IMG/VR virus record: IMGVR_UViG_3300028591_000144
Origin: a virus
DNA: 64,000 nucleotides
Direction: 5' to 3' (one strand)
The notes under the pieces are model-generated. The model worked only from the letters and a program-made list of their open reading frames with translations. It was not told the origin of the DNA and ran no database searches. A program made the translations under genes and the position numbers. Of the stretch, positions 8,663 through 17,085 are shown one piece after another. How positions within the stretch are numbered: the first letter of the stretch is position 1; every line of letters starts with the position of its first letter.

Positions 8663-8809
8663 AAGTATGTAAAGAGGACAGGGGAGAACGCAAGATAGAA
8701 ATTGGGACTTGCTAATGACCCTCCTCCCCCTCCTCTAAACATAAGCCTTGCCGTCGCTAAAAGGCATGAGAATCTGGCGACAAAAAAATTTAGTAAAGAG
8801 GTTGATACT

Positions 8810-9163
8810 ATGTCTACTAAGAAGATGTCCTATGTTGTTGCTGTTGAGAACGCTATCAATGGCAAGATTGATGATGAAGTCATTGAGCGCCTGACTGCGC
8901 TGAAGGCTTCGCTGGAGAAGCGTGCTTCGCGCAAGTCCGAAGGCCCCACCAAGGCGCAGAAGGCTAATGCTGAGCTGGCTGAGCGTATCGCTAATGCGAT
9001 GGTCGCTGGCACTGTCTACGATACCGAGAGTATCAAGGGGCTGGTCGAGGAACTGGCGAACGCCACTCCGCAGAAGGTGTCTCCCCTGATGAAGCACCTT
9101 GTTGCTGAGGGTCGTGTGACCTCTGAGAAGGTCAAGGGCAAGGCTACTTACACCCTTGCCTAA
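8810..9163 (+). CDS. Small basic protein, family A paralogue. Unusually GC-rich.
   Basis: Shares KRASRKSEGPTKAQKANAEL and the GKATYTLA C-terminus with the protein of 6174..6539. Codon usage is strongly G/C-biased compared with its neighbours. Driven by the promoter array at 8.4-8.7 kb. Confidence 0.75.
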   Translation: MSTKKMSYVVAVENAINGKIDDEVIERLTALKASLEKRASRKSEGPTKAQKANAELAERIANAMVAGTVYDTESIKGLVEELANATPQKVSPLMKHLVAEGRVTSEKVKGKATYTLA

Positions 9164-9193
9164 GTAAAAGAGGGGGACTTCCCCCTCTAAATA

Positions 9194-9305
9194 AAAAATC
9201 TTGCCCTTACATGGGCGCAGGGTGGAAGAGCCACGAAACTACAAGTTGCTCTTGCTTGTAATGTAGTGCCACTAAACTGCGTCAATGTAAGGGCAAGATT
9301 TTTTA
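9194..9305 (+). other. Long perfect hairpin (15-bp stem ATCTTGCCCTTACAT...ATGTAAGGGCAAGAT around a ~75-nt GC-rich loop). A structured RNA or elaborate terminator.
   Basis: Read directly. Flanked by the hairpins AAAGAGGGGGACTTCCCCCTCT (9168-9192) and TTTCTCGCTTGCTCAACGG...CGTTGAGCAAGCG (9325-9372). Confidence 0.5.
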
Positions 9306-9380
9306 TTTAAAGTTAAAAGAGTAGTTTCTCGCTTGCTCAACGGTGGTGCGCCATCGTTGAGCAAGCGTCTTTATCTTTTT

Positions 9381-9462
9381 ATACAAATTGCACAATTTCC
9401 AAGTAATATATTTGTGCAATATTCCATCTTGTAATTTTCCTGAAATCTGCTATAATAATAAG
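9381..9462 (+). promoter_or_regulatory. Early promoter/operator module, copy 10
   Basis: ATACAAATTGCACAATTTCCAAGTAATATATTTGTGCAATATTCCATCTTGTAATTTTCCTGAAATCTGCTATAATAATAAG. Confidence 0.6.
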
Positions 9463-9594
9463 TGTCAAGAGGGGACGTCGCCCAAAAGGGACTCCTCTGG
9501 GAGATAAGGATTGCTTGTGAAACCTTACTGCACTGTGGAGTAACAAGAACCAAATGGGACTTGAAAAATGTTGCAGTCTTTTTCAAAAAACCTC

Positions 9595-9623
9595 TTGACA
9601 AACCCCACGGAATGTGGTATAAT
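9595..9623 (+). promoter_or_regulatory. Consensus sigma70 promoter (TTGACA-17-TGGTATAAT), tandem array 2
   Basis: CCTCTTGACAAACCCCACGGAATGTGGTATAATAAAAGTGTCAAGAGG. Confidence 0.75.
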
Positions 9624-9713
9624 AAAAGTGTCAAGAGGGGAACCGAACAGGACAAGTAAGGCACCGCGGATGACCCCAAAGCGACGAGAGGTTGATAAAA
9701 GTTTAAAACCCTC

Positions 9714-9742
9714 TTGACAAACTATACAATGTGTGCTATAAT
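9714..9742 (+). promoter_or_regulatory. Consensus sigma70 promoter (TTGACA-17-TATAAT), array 2
   Basis: CCTCTTGACAAACTATACAATGTGTGCTATAATAAGAATGTCAAGAGG. Confidence 0.75.
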
Positions 9743-9857
9743 AAGAATGTCAAGAGGAATAGACCGAAACCTCCTGTGGAAGAGTTTCAAAAGTGGGAAT
9801 ACAAGGGCCTCCCAAACACTCAAAAAAATAATTGCGCAATAAAATTTGAGAAACCCC

Positions 9858-9886
9858 TTGACAAGCCTTAAAAAGTATGGTATAAT
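9858..9886 (+). promoter_or_regulatory. Consensus sigma70 promoter (TTGACA-17-TGGTATAAT), array 2, closest to the 9922 gene
   Basis: CCCCTTGACAAGCCTTAAAAAGTATGGTATAATAAATATAG. Confidence 0.75.
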
Positions 9887-9921
9887 AAATATAGAAAAAA
9901 ACAAGAAAGGAAATAAAAACA

Positions 9922-10152
9922 ATGGCTGAAATTACTTATGATGTGGTAAAAAATATTGGCGTGATTGCTGATAATGGCGCGTGGGAAACGCAGGTAAATA
10001 TGATTTCTTGGAATCACGGGGCGCCTAAATTTGACATTCGCAAGTGGAATGTTGAAACTGACCGTATGAGCAAGGGTATTTCTTTAACTGAAAGTGAAGC
10101 TCGTGAACTGGTAAAGGTTCTGACTAAATACTTTGAGGAAGAGGATGAATAA
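9922..10152 (+). CDS. PC4-like / YdbC-like ssDNA-binding protein (76 aa)
   Basis: The segment FDIRKWNVETDRMSKGISLTESEARELVKVL matches the PC4 C-terminal domain signature (IDIREYW...KGISLNPEQW..L). Confidence 0.6.
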   Translation: MAEITYDVVKNIGVIADNGAWETQVNMISWNHGAPKFDIRKWNVETDRMSKGISLTESEARELVKVLTKYFEEEDE

Positions 10153-10154
10153 CA

Positions 10155-10322
10155 ATGAAAACCTATGTTGTTAAAGAATATTTGAACAACTATAGGGGTT
10201 TTCGGTGGGTAACTGTTGCTTACAATCCTGAAGAAAAAGTAGAAGAGCATTGCAAACCACCTTGTCTTTTTGAGGACTATAAATCTACTGAAAGTAAAAT
10301 CCATAAGTATGAAGTTGAATAA
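10155..10322 (+). CDS. Small protein (55 aa, MKTYVVKEYLNNYRGFRWVTVAYNPEEK...)
   Basis: The ATG lies 2 nt after the upstream stop. Followed by the terminator at 10344-10392. Below the track cutoff. Confidence 0.45.
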   Translation: MKTYVVKEYLNNYRGFRWVTVAYNPEEKVEEHCKPPCLFEDYKSTESKIHKYEVE

Positions 10323-10343
10323 ACTTCATACTTTTTTTATTAG

Positions 10344-10392
10344 CGGTTTCTGCTCGGGCGCCTTTGGCGCGCAGAAACCGAGTTTTAATTAA
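10344..10392 (+). terminator. Hairpin terminator CGGTTTCTGC...GCAGAAACCG plus T-tract. Marks the end of the early cassette region.
   Basis: Read directly. Confidence 0.7.
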
Positions 10393-10689
10393 TTAAAAAA
10401 TAATGAAATTTTACACACAAAAAAGAAGCAATAGGTAACAAAGTTGTAATTCCCATTATCGCGGCTCGCAAGCGACCGCAGGGAGCGCAGCGATGCCGAA
10501 ATTTTCATTATACCATATTTTACAAATTTTGTCAACTGTTTTTTTGCACAAATTTCTTCGAAAATTTTTCCCATTTTTGTGCATAATGCCGAATTGTTAA
10601 TTAATTAACTAACAATCTGTAACCGTTTTGTAACTATTTGTTTCCAGCTTGTAACTTTTACCTTAAGCCAGCCCTTCCGCGGCGAATGA

Positions 10690-10930
10690 CCTAAAAAATA
10701 CCTATAAAGCCCTCGCGCGGTGACAAAAGTCGACCTCTAACTAAGCGCCCTATGGCGCAACAAATCAACTCTGGTCCGGCTGCCCGAGGACAACCTAGCC
10801 CGGGGACAAATATCGACCTAGCAAAACTCTATAAAGGCCCGGGGTGGTGACAAAAGTTGGCCTTCTAGATAACAAAAGTAGCATTTTCCTGAAAGTATAA
10901 CGCCGCAACAAAAGTTGACTTTTTAAAAAA
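10690..10930. repeat. Four or five dispersed copies of GGTGACAAAAGTYGRCC (GGTGACAAAAGTCGACC, GGGACAAATATCGACC, GGTGACAAAAGTTGGCC, GCAACAAAAGTTGAC)
   Basis: Read directly. Spacing is 40-60 bp. Confidence 0.55.
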
Positions 10931-10945
10931 AATTTGATATAATAT
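10913..10945 (+). promoter_or_regulatory. Class-2 phage promoter TTGACTTTTTAAAAAAAATTTGATATAATATT. It drives a short structured transcript rather than a CDS.
   Basis: Followed by the hairpins CCTCTTTTTTTGAGG and CCGCACG...CGTGCGG and then a T-tract. Confidence 0.55.
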
Positions 10946-11099
10946 TAAAAAAACCTCTTTTTTTGAGGCCGCACGCTCTTTAAACCGCCTGGTCTAAAAT
11001 CTCTGAACCGTGCGGCTATTATTTTTAGTCGAGCGGTCGATAAACGACAGTCGATTATAGAACAATTCCTGCTGTATCAACCTCTCTGCATTAATCAGT

Positions 11100-11700
11100 A
11101 TATATGTAACATTTTGTTACCTATATACAGTCACATAGTAACATTTTGTTACTTATATTTAAAACGACATTTTTGTCACCATTTTACGACATTTTTGTCG
11201 TTTTTAATTATCCGACATTTTTGTCGCAAAAACGACATTTTTGTCATATACACTGTTATTACGACATTTTTGTCGTTTTATTTAAAACGACATTTTTGTC
11301 GCCAGCACATCTTAATAAAACGACAATTTTGTCGTTTTCAGCAACAATTTTGTCACACCCTACTGTATAATAGTAACATTTTGTTACCTTCTAAGTAACA
11401 TTTTGTTACCTATACACAGTCATATAGTAACATTTTGTTACCTACAAAGTAACATTTTGTAACCATTTAGGTAACATTTTGTTACTTACACGCAGCACAA
11501 TAGTAACATTTTGTTACTTAAATTAAGTAACATTTTGTTACCATAACACCGTCATATAGTAACATTTTGTTACCTTTTAAGTAACATTTTGTTACTCACA
11601 CGCAGCGTAATAGTAACATTTTGTTACCTATATATCACTTATTAAAATAACATTTTGTTACCTATATACAGTCACATAGTAATATTTTGTTACCTGCAAG
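11100..11700. repeat. Array of about 20 copies of the inverted-repeat site GTAACATTTTGTTAC, interleaved at 11160-11360 with about 9 copies of ACGACATTTTTGTCGTT
   Basis: Each unit is a 5-bp arm, a 5-nt spacer and a 5-bp arm (GTAAC-N5-GTTAC, ACGAC-N5-GTCGT). Copies recur every 25-35 bp. Two minus-strand winged-helix genes are adjacent. Confidence 0.8.
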
Positions 11701-11704
11701 TGCA

Positions 11705-11732
11705 TAAAAAAAGAGCGCGCAATCGCGCACTC
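11705..11732. terminator. Bidirectional hairpin AAGAGCGCGCAATCGCGCACTCTT flanked by A- and T-runs
   Basis: It terminates the minus-strand genes 12225-11733. Confidence 0.65.
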
Positions 11733-12038
11733 TTAAAACATATCTACTACTCTTGGTTGATAGTAAAAGTTATATACGTTATTATTCATATCATATACTA
11801 GATAATGCTTATTCTTTAAATCGTTTAAACCTAAATAATATTGACGCTTAGTTATCTTATATTTATCTAGTATCTTTTGAGTTATTTCTAGTTCGCCATT
11901 CTCTTTTGGACTATCTATAATGGCGCAGTATACCAATATACCAGATTTATTTAAAATAGGAAATACTTGTGTATACAACCAAGTATTTGTTATACACTTT
12001 ACATTGTTATTTATTTTTATTCTAATTGCCATATGCAC
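11733..12038 (-). CDS. Winged-helix DNA-binding protein (101 aa). Candidate binder of the adjacent repeat array.
   Basis: The C-terminal segment GELEITQKILDKYKITKRQYYLGLNDLKNKHYLVY has an HTH-plus-wing pattern. This is one of the few minus-strand ORFs, and it sits next to the IR array. Confidence 0.5.
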   Translation of the reverse strand: MHMAIRIKINNNVKCITNTWLYTQVFPILNKSGILVYCAIIDSPKENGELEITQKILDKYKITKRQYYLGLNDLKNKHYLVYDMNNNVYNFYYQPRVVDMF

Positions 12039-12225
12039 TATCTCCTTGGCTGTTCATAATTTCTTTGATAGCCAATAATAATGCATCAGTTCTCTTAAAG
12101 ACCCAAGCAATATAATATTTATTGCGAGGATTCTCTGTGCGACCTATTGGATAAATGCCATAGTCATCTTCTAAAAGCTCTTTTATTCGCTTAGAATAAA
12201 TAACTTTACAATTCGTTCGCATCAT
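12022..12225 (-). CDS. Small minus-strand protein (67 aa). Overlaps 11733..12038 by 17 nt.
   Basis: A GGAGATAGG RBS-like sequence lies upstream on the minus strand. Confidence 0.4.
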   Translation of the reverse strand: MMRTNCKVIYSKRIKELLEDDYGIYPIGRTENPRNKYYIAWVFKRTDALLLAIKEIMNSQGDSAYGN

Positions 12226-12996
12226 TACTACCTATCTCCTACTTAGCATTTTGTTTATATCTATGTATAAACTCTTCTTTGACATTAGCATTTGTTTTGA
12301 TTATATTCAATTATATTCTATAAATATATTATACTATATTTTTTTTTAAAAGTCAACTATCGACCGTCAATCGACTATCGTTCATTGCCCAGTCATTTAA
12401 AAATATACTTCCCCATTATATTTTACCAAAAAATTTTTAAAAAGTCAAATGCGCACCTATATACCGTTATAATTTGACCCTCCTGGCTCTAGATTTATTT
12501 TTATTTGCCTAGCTCGAAAATTTCCTTACACTTTATCATTTTTTCACACAAGTCATAGCTACAGTTCAATACAACTCCATCAGAGCATAAAGCCAAAAGA
12601 GCTCAAGTGTTTAAAAAAATTCCAAGAGAGAGAAAGAAGAAAAAGCGCGCTTCACAGAACTCAAAATCTCTCAGCTCCAGTTACACAAAACTCAAAATCT
12701 TCCAGCTCCAGTGCAGCACCGCAGGAATGAGAATTCCCCAGCTCCAGTTTTATAAAAGAGGGTCTCCCTCCCTCCCACCCTTAATATTATAGCATATTTT
12801 TTTTAAAATTTCAATTGAAAGATTCAGAATTGACATTTTAAGCCGCCCTCTGAACTAAAAATGAACAAGTGTTCGTCCGTAGCTAATTTTAAATGGTAGC
12901 GTCGAAATGTAAATTGTAGAAGCTATTAAAAAGAGAGGCCGGAATCTTTAGAAAACTCCAAAAGGAAGAAAAATGAGGGTTTTGTAGTGCGCAGAC

Positions 12997-13032
12997 TTGA
13001 TTTTTAAAAAAAAATTTGTTATAATATATATA
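12997..13032 (+). promoter_or_regulatory. Class-2 phage promoter (TTGATTTTTAAAAAAAAATTTGTTATAATATATATAG)
   Basis: Motif match. Downstream there is only a 37-codon ORF, so it may drive an sRNA. Confidence 0.5.
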
Positions 13033-13254
13033 GGAAATGAGGAAATGAACTTTGACAGTGGAATATTTTTTGCGGTGGCGGAGACGAGGAATTTTAGAGA
13101 GCCATATAGACGCGGGGGAGCGCAGGGCTGTACTACTAAAAGTACCAAAACTACTTAAAATACCCCTATCCCTTTCCCCCTTATCATTCCTCTTCCTTTT
13201 TTAATAATAATCGTAAACCTTCTATTTCCCTTTCCCTTTATACCTCCGTTAGTG

Positions 13255-13470
13255 TTACCATTCTCTCCGCCTATATTTTCCTTTCCACCATTTGGCTCTC
13301 TTATCTTCATAAACAATTTCCACATCCATAGGCTCCCAGAAAGTATCAATCCCCAGGGCATTACCCCAAGTTCCTGGGTCGCCTCCTCCTTCTTCATTAG
13401 TGCGAATTTTAAGCATATAATCACGTATGCCTGTAAAATATCGCACTATTTTTTTTTGAACGATTTTCAC
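13255..13470 (-). CDS. Hypothetical minus-strand protein (71 aa, GTG start)
   Basis: RBS GGAGGA upstream on the minus strand. The downstream polypurine tract makes the competing 89-aa ORF unlikely. Confidence 0.3.
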   Translation of the reverse strand: MKIVQKKIVRYFTGIRDYMLKIRTNEEGGGDPGTWGNALGIDTFWEPMDVEIVYEDKRAKWWKGKYRRREW

Positions 13471-13559
13471 CAGTCATTCCTCCATTCGTCGAACGATTGT
13501 CGATCGATTGACGACTCCCCCTATGACTGGAAATTCTCTCTCTCGACATATATTTATTA

Positions 13560-13990
13560 ATTACTGCGTTAGCTTTACTTTAAAAAATATTTGGCGATAG
13601 CCTTATATTATATTACTAGATTTATATTATTTTACTACTTCAAAATTATGTTCTATAATATAATCTATAGTAGTATTTATATTATAATCCTACTACTCCC
13701 ATATATCTAATATATAATTACCATCTAACTATAATAAATTACATATATTACTAAATAATTCATATATACTATTTGTTAATAATATTTCATTAGGAGTAGT
13801 ATTATTTTTATCTAACTATATTAATATAATCCAAGTATTTAATATAGTATTTAATATATTTCTTATATTTTGTTCTTTCATATTACCATACCTTTATATA
13901 TTTATTAGATTTATATATATTATATATAATAAAATATATATATTATTATAGTAGTATCTATATTATTATTATATTATATATATTATATAT
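13560..13990. other. Extremely AT-rich stretch (long TA/TAT runs). Candidate DNA-unwinding element.
   Basis: Composition read directly. Lies immediately upstream of the iteron array. Confidence 0.55.
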
Positions 13991-14520
13991 ATATTAATAT
14001 TAATATTACTGGGTTCAGAACTGACCCCATTACGGCTATTTTGCGACACAATTTTATTTAAAAATAGAATATACGACCAGTTGCACGGTCGTGTGATGGA
14101 CGATTGTTTAACGAACGATAGTTTAATAATTATCCTGTGACGATATCTTTGCCCTATGTCTGTAATGGGTTCAAATCTGACCCCAGTCATTTTTGACCCC
14201 ATAACGGTATTGGGTTCAAAATTGGACCCTATTTCCGCTATCAAAATGCAAATTTGAACCCATTACACCTATCTAGGTCAATTCTGACCCCATTACAGTA
14301 ATGGGTTCAAATCTGACCGCATAGATTTTTATCATAGATAATTATTTAACTGGGTCAATTCTGACCCCATTACATACAATGGGTCCAATTTTGACCCCTA
14401 CCACAGTTTAATGGGTTCAGAATGGACCCCATTACCGCTATAAAAGGCCATCTTTGACCCCATTACAGCACATTAAGTGCAATTCTGACCCCATTACCGC
14501 AATGGGTTCAAATCTGCACT
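13990..14520. repeat. Iteron array: 12 or more copies of about 24 bp, (A)ATGGGTTCAAATCTGACCCCATTAC (an imperfect palindrome ATGGGT...ACCCCAT)
   Basis: Read directly. Variants include GGGTTCAGAACTGACCCCATTAC, GGGTCAATTCTGACCCCATTAC and GGGTTCAGAATGGACCCCATTAC. Confidence 0.8.
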
Positions 14521-14530
14521 CCGTTTCCCG

Positions 14531-14863
14531 TTAGAAATCCCATTTCATTTGTGGCGTGTCGTAAAATTCCAACGTCTTTTCGTCGCTTTCTATTAAGTAT
14601 CTTGCCTAAATTAAGTCTTCTTTTGCCCTCTTGAAAGTACTATCACTTATGCCGCATTCCTTCTGGATACGAGCTGGAGACATATCCTCTTCATACCCAT
14701 CTTGATTACTCGCAAAGTATAACCATAATTTAATGCCCCTATCTGATAGCCCACTCTAAAACAATTCTTTAATAGCTTCTACTGTTATTACTGTATAAGG
14801 ATTATCCGTACCAACTTTTCGTTTATGTATTTTAATATGTTTTTGATTAGGATATTTCGGCAC
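14531..14863 (-). CDS. Replication-initiator / replisome-organiser-like winged-helix protein (about 110 aa) with 2 in-frame TAG codons read as sense
   Basis: The minus-strand translation IKLWLYFASNQDGYEEDMSPARIQKECGISDSTFKRAKEDLI(Q)ARYLIESDEK is continuous only if TAG is decoded. RBS AGGTGA plus a GTG start. Lies directly beside the iterons. Confidence 0.5.
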
Positions 14864-14868
14864 TTAAA

Positions 14869-15048
14869 TCACCTGTCTTTCTAACAGACAAGTTCTTCAA
14901 ACACTTTCCTAAATTCGTCCGTATTCTCAAACAACCAACAATTATACTAAGGATATTGCGGATTCGGTGCAACTTTATCAAAAATAAATCCACGTTCCAT
15001 TAATAGCTCTGTTAATTTTTTAGAATACACAATTTGATATTTGCTCAT
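14869..15048 (-). CDS. Small minus-strand protein (59 aa, 2 in-frame TAGs). Either upstream partner of 14531..14863 or its frameshifted N-terminus.
   Basis: RBS GAGGT 9 nt upstream of the ATG (minus strand). Ends 6 nt before the GTG of the next ORF, in a different frame. Confidence 0.35.
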
Positions 15049-15087
15049 ATGTTTGTGTACCTCATCATAGTTTGTTATTTGTGACTC

Positions 15088-15140
15088 CATTTTACAAAAA
15101 AATTTGACTTTTGTCAAAAAAAATTATATAATAAATATAA
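15088..15140. promoter_or_regulatory. Divergent promoter pair sharing the palindromic -35 TTGACTTTTGTCAA. The plus side is a class-2 promoter; the minus side is TTGACA-17-TAAAAT.
   Basis: Plus strand: TTGACTTTTGTCAAAAAAAATTATATAATAAATAT. Minus strand: TTGACAAAAGTCAAATTTTTTTGTAAAAT. Confidence 0.6.
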
Positions 15141-15161
15141 GGATAATAAGGAGTGAAATAT

Positions 15162-15929
15162 ATGAAATTTTGTTTATCCTCAAGATAGACACCAGAATAT
15201 CTTAAACAAGCCGATTAGATTAAAGTAGCTTCACGAGATTATAAATAGATATATGATTTAATAGAAGAGTATCCAGATAAAGAAATTATTCTTAACTATT
15301 AGAATTTAACTGAAGATACTTTAAAAGAATTTAAAACTTTAAGTAAAGGAAATTTAACTCTATGCCTTTTCTCAATTGAGGACTTGCCGATTACCAAAAA
15401 ATTAGAAATTCCTTTCTATTTTTCATTACCAGTTACTACATTAGATTAGTTAAAAGCTGTTAAAAATTTGGGAGTGCGCTATGCCCTTTTAGATAATACT
15501 GTAGTACATCAACTTCATTATGCTAAAATGATTGGCGTTCCATTAAGATTAATTCCTAATTTGGCACACCTTGATGGTATACCAAGAGAAGATGGAGTAT
15601 GCGGTAATTGGTTTCGTCCTGAAAATGTAGATGATTATGATATCTATATAGATACTATCGAATTTGGGTTACAACCTGAACGTAGAGAATAGACTCTTTT
15701 TCGTCTTTACTCTAAAGATAAACAATGGCCTGGAGATTTAGGACGAATTGTGCAAGATTTAAATTATATTGGAAATAATTTAACGATTGATAATAATTTA
15801 GCTTTACGTCGAATAAATTGTGGATTAAAATGTTCTTATAATAATTGTAAATTATGTTATGATTTATTGAAAGTCAGTGATGCTATTCCAAAATTTGCGG
15901 ATTCAGCAACCAGTCTTATTAAAAAATAA
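15162..15929 (+). CDS. Hypothetical protein (255 aa) with 6 in-frame TAG codons
   Basis: RBS AAGGAG. Open from 15162 to the TAA at 15927-15929 only if TAG is sense. The track fragment 15468..15692 is in the same frame. Confidence 0.55.
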
Positions 15930-15948
15930 TAAATAAAGGAGAAAAATA

Positions 15949-16377
15949 ATGACTATTGAAGAAAGACTTAGACAAGGAGAAACTCCAGAAGATATTGCAG
16001 AAGAATTTGTTAATTCACTTAATGCTGCTTTGGCAATAATTAATCAAGAAAAAGATATTACTAATGATGCGCAGCTTACTGCTGATAGTTGGAATCATTT
16101 TGTTCATTCTTATTTTGTTGTTAATAAACTTCCAGAAGGAATGACTGAAAATGATTTTTATGTACAAGCTGAAGATATAGTAAAAATTCTTGATGCATTT
16201 GTAAAGACAATTCCTGCTCTTGATAAATATGCTAAATTGATAAATGATACTGAAGAAACTTTAAAGAAAGTTCAAAGCAAATTAAAAGAAGATGACTATT
16301 TTAAGAAAACTGTTGATAATACAGCTACGTCTTTTGATAAGGCTATGAAAGACTTCTTTAATAAAATGCATATTTAA
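15949..16377 (+). CDS. Hypothetical protein, 142 aa
   Basis: RBS AAAGGAG. Terminator hairpin follows. Confidence 0.7.
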   Translation: MTIEERLRQGETPEDIAEEFVNSLNAALAIINQEKDITNDAQLTADSWNHFVHSYFVVNKLPEGMTENDFYVQAEDIVKILDAFVKTIPALDKYAKLINDTEETLKKVQSKLKEDDYFKKTVDNTATSFDKAMKDFFNKMHI

Positions 16378-16608
16378 AAACAATTGACGAACGATAAATA
16401 ATCGCTCGTCGATTTTTTATTATATATTGACTATTTATAAAATAAATTGTATAATATATATAGAAATATATATTTATAGGAATTAATGTAATGGAATATA
16501 ATATTTATATAAAATAACATAAAGATAAAAGTTATAAATATAATAATTGATTTTTTAAATATTATATGATATAATATTTATAAAGAAAATAAAAAGGAGT
16601 GTATCATT

Positions 16609-16833
16609 ATGATTAATTATCGTAAACTAAAATTGCCTGGAAATGCAACTTTGCGCGTTAGAGCTGAGAATATCGTAGCAACTGTATCTGCTAAAGATAA
16701 AAATACTGTAGATATTTATGTAGCAGGTATTGCAACTCCTTTTCATGTGCCAATTATGGAAGAAGATACTCCCCGAGACATTATGAATTATATTTGGGAA
16801 CGAGAACGCATTGAAGATAGAGAGGAAGATTAA
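16609..16833 (+). CDS. Hypothetical protein, 74 aa
   Basis: RBS AAAAGGAG. Two class-2 promoters upstream (16426, 16548). Confidence 0.6.
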   Translation: MINYRKLKLPGNATLRVRAENIVATVSAKDKNTVDIYVAGIATPFHVPIMEEDTPRDIMNYIWERERIEDREED

Positions 16834-17085
16834 ATGAATTCTAATCTTTATTTTGTTGAAGTTAAATGGTATAGTGAATTTGAAGACACCTGTCATACTA
16901 ATTCTTTTTATGCTTTTGCAAAAGGTTTAGGTGATTTGGGAAGCCGTATTGATGATGCTTTTAAATATATCGAAAAAGTTAAGATTCAAGAAATTAATGA
17001 AGAATTAGATGACAGTAATTTCTTCTATGTAGATGGCCTTAGTAAAAATGTGATTGAGTTAATTGATGAAGCCAATAAGTTTTAA
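16834..17085 (+). CDS. Hypothetical acidic protein, 83 aa
   Basis: Start overlaps the previous stop (TAAATG). Confidence 0.6.
   Translation: MNSNLYFVEVKWYSEFEDTCHTNSFYAFAKGLGDLGSRIDDAFKYIEKVKIQEINEELDDSNFFYVDGLSKNVIELIDEANKF

Noticed and set aside
11114-11398. Track ORFs 11114..11398 and 11146..11370 inside the repeat array
   Set aside because: They are translations of the tandem repeats, giving repetitive HFC/TTFL peptides. No RBS.
11100-11700. Regularly spaced repeats considered as a possible CRISPR array
   Set aside because: Each repeat is an internally palindromic 15-17-mer. Spacing is irregular (10-20 nt spacers) and two different repeat types are interleaved. There is no leader or cas gene. 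It fits a protein-binding-site array.
12640-12760. Three direct repeats of AACTCAAAATCTYYCAGCTCCAGT
   Set aside because: Noted as real repeats, but they are too few and lack context to interpret. They may be transcription-factor sites for the minus-strand genes.
13969-14244. Minus-strand ORF of 91 aa across the iterons
   Set aside because: Lies entirely within the 24-bp tandem iteron array. The repetitive peptide is an artefact.
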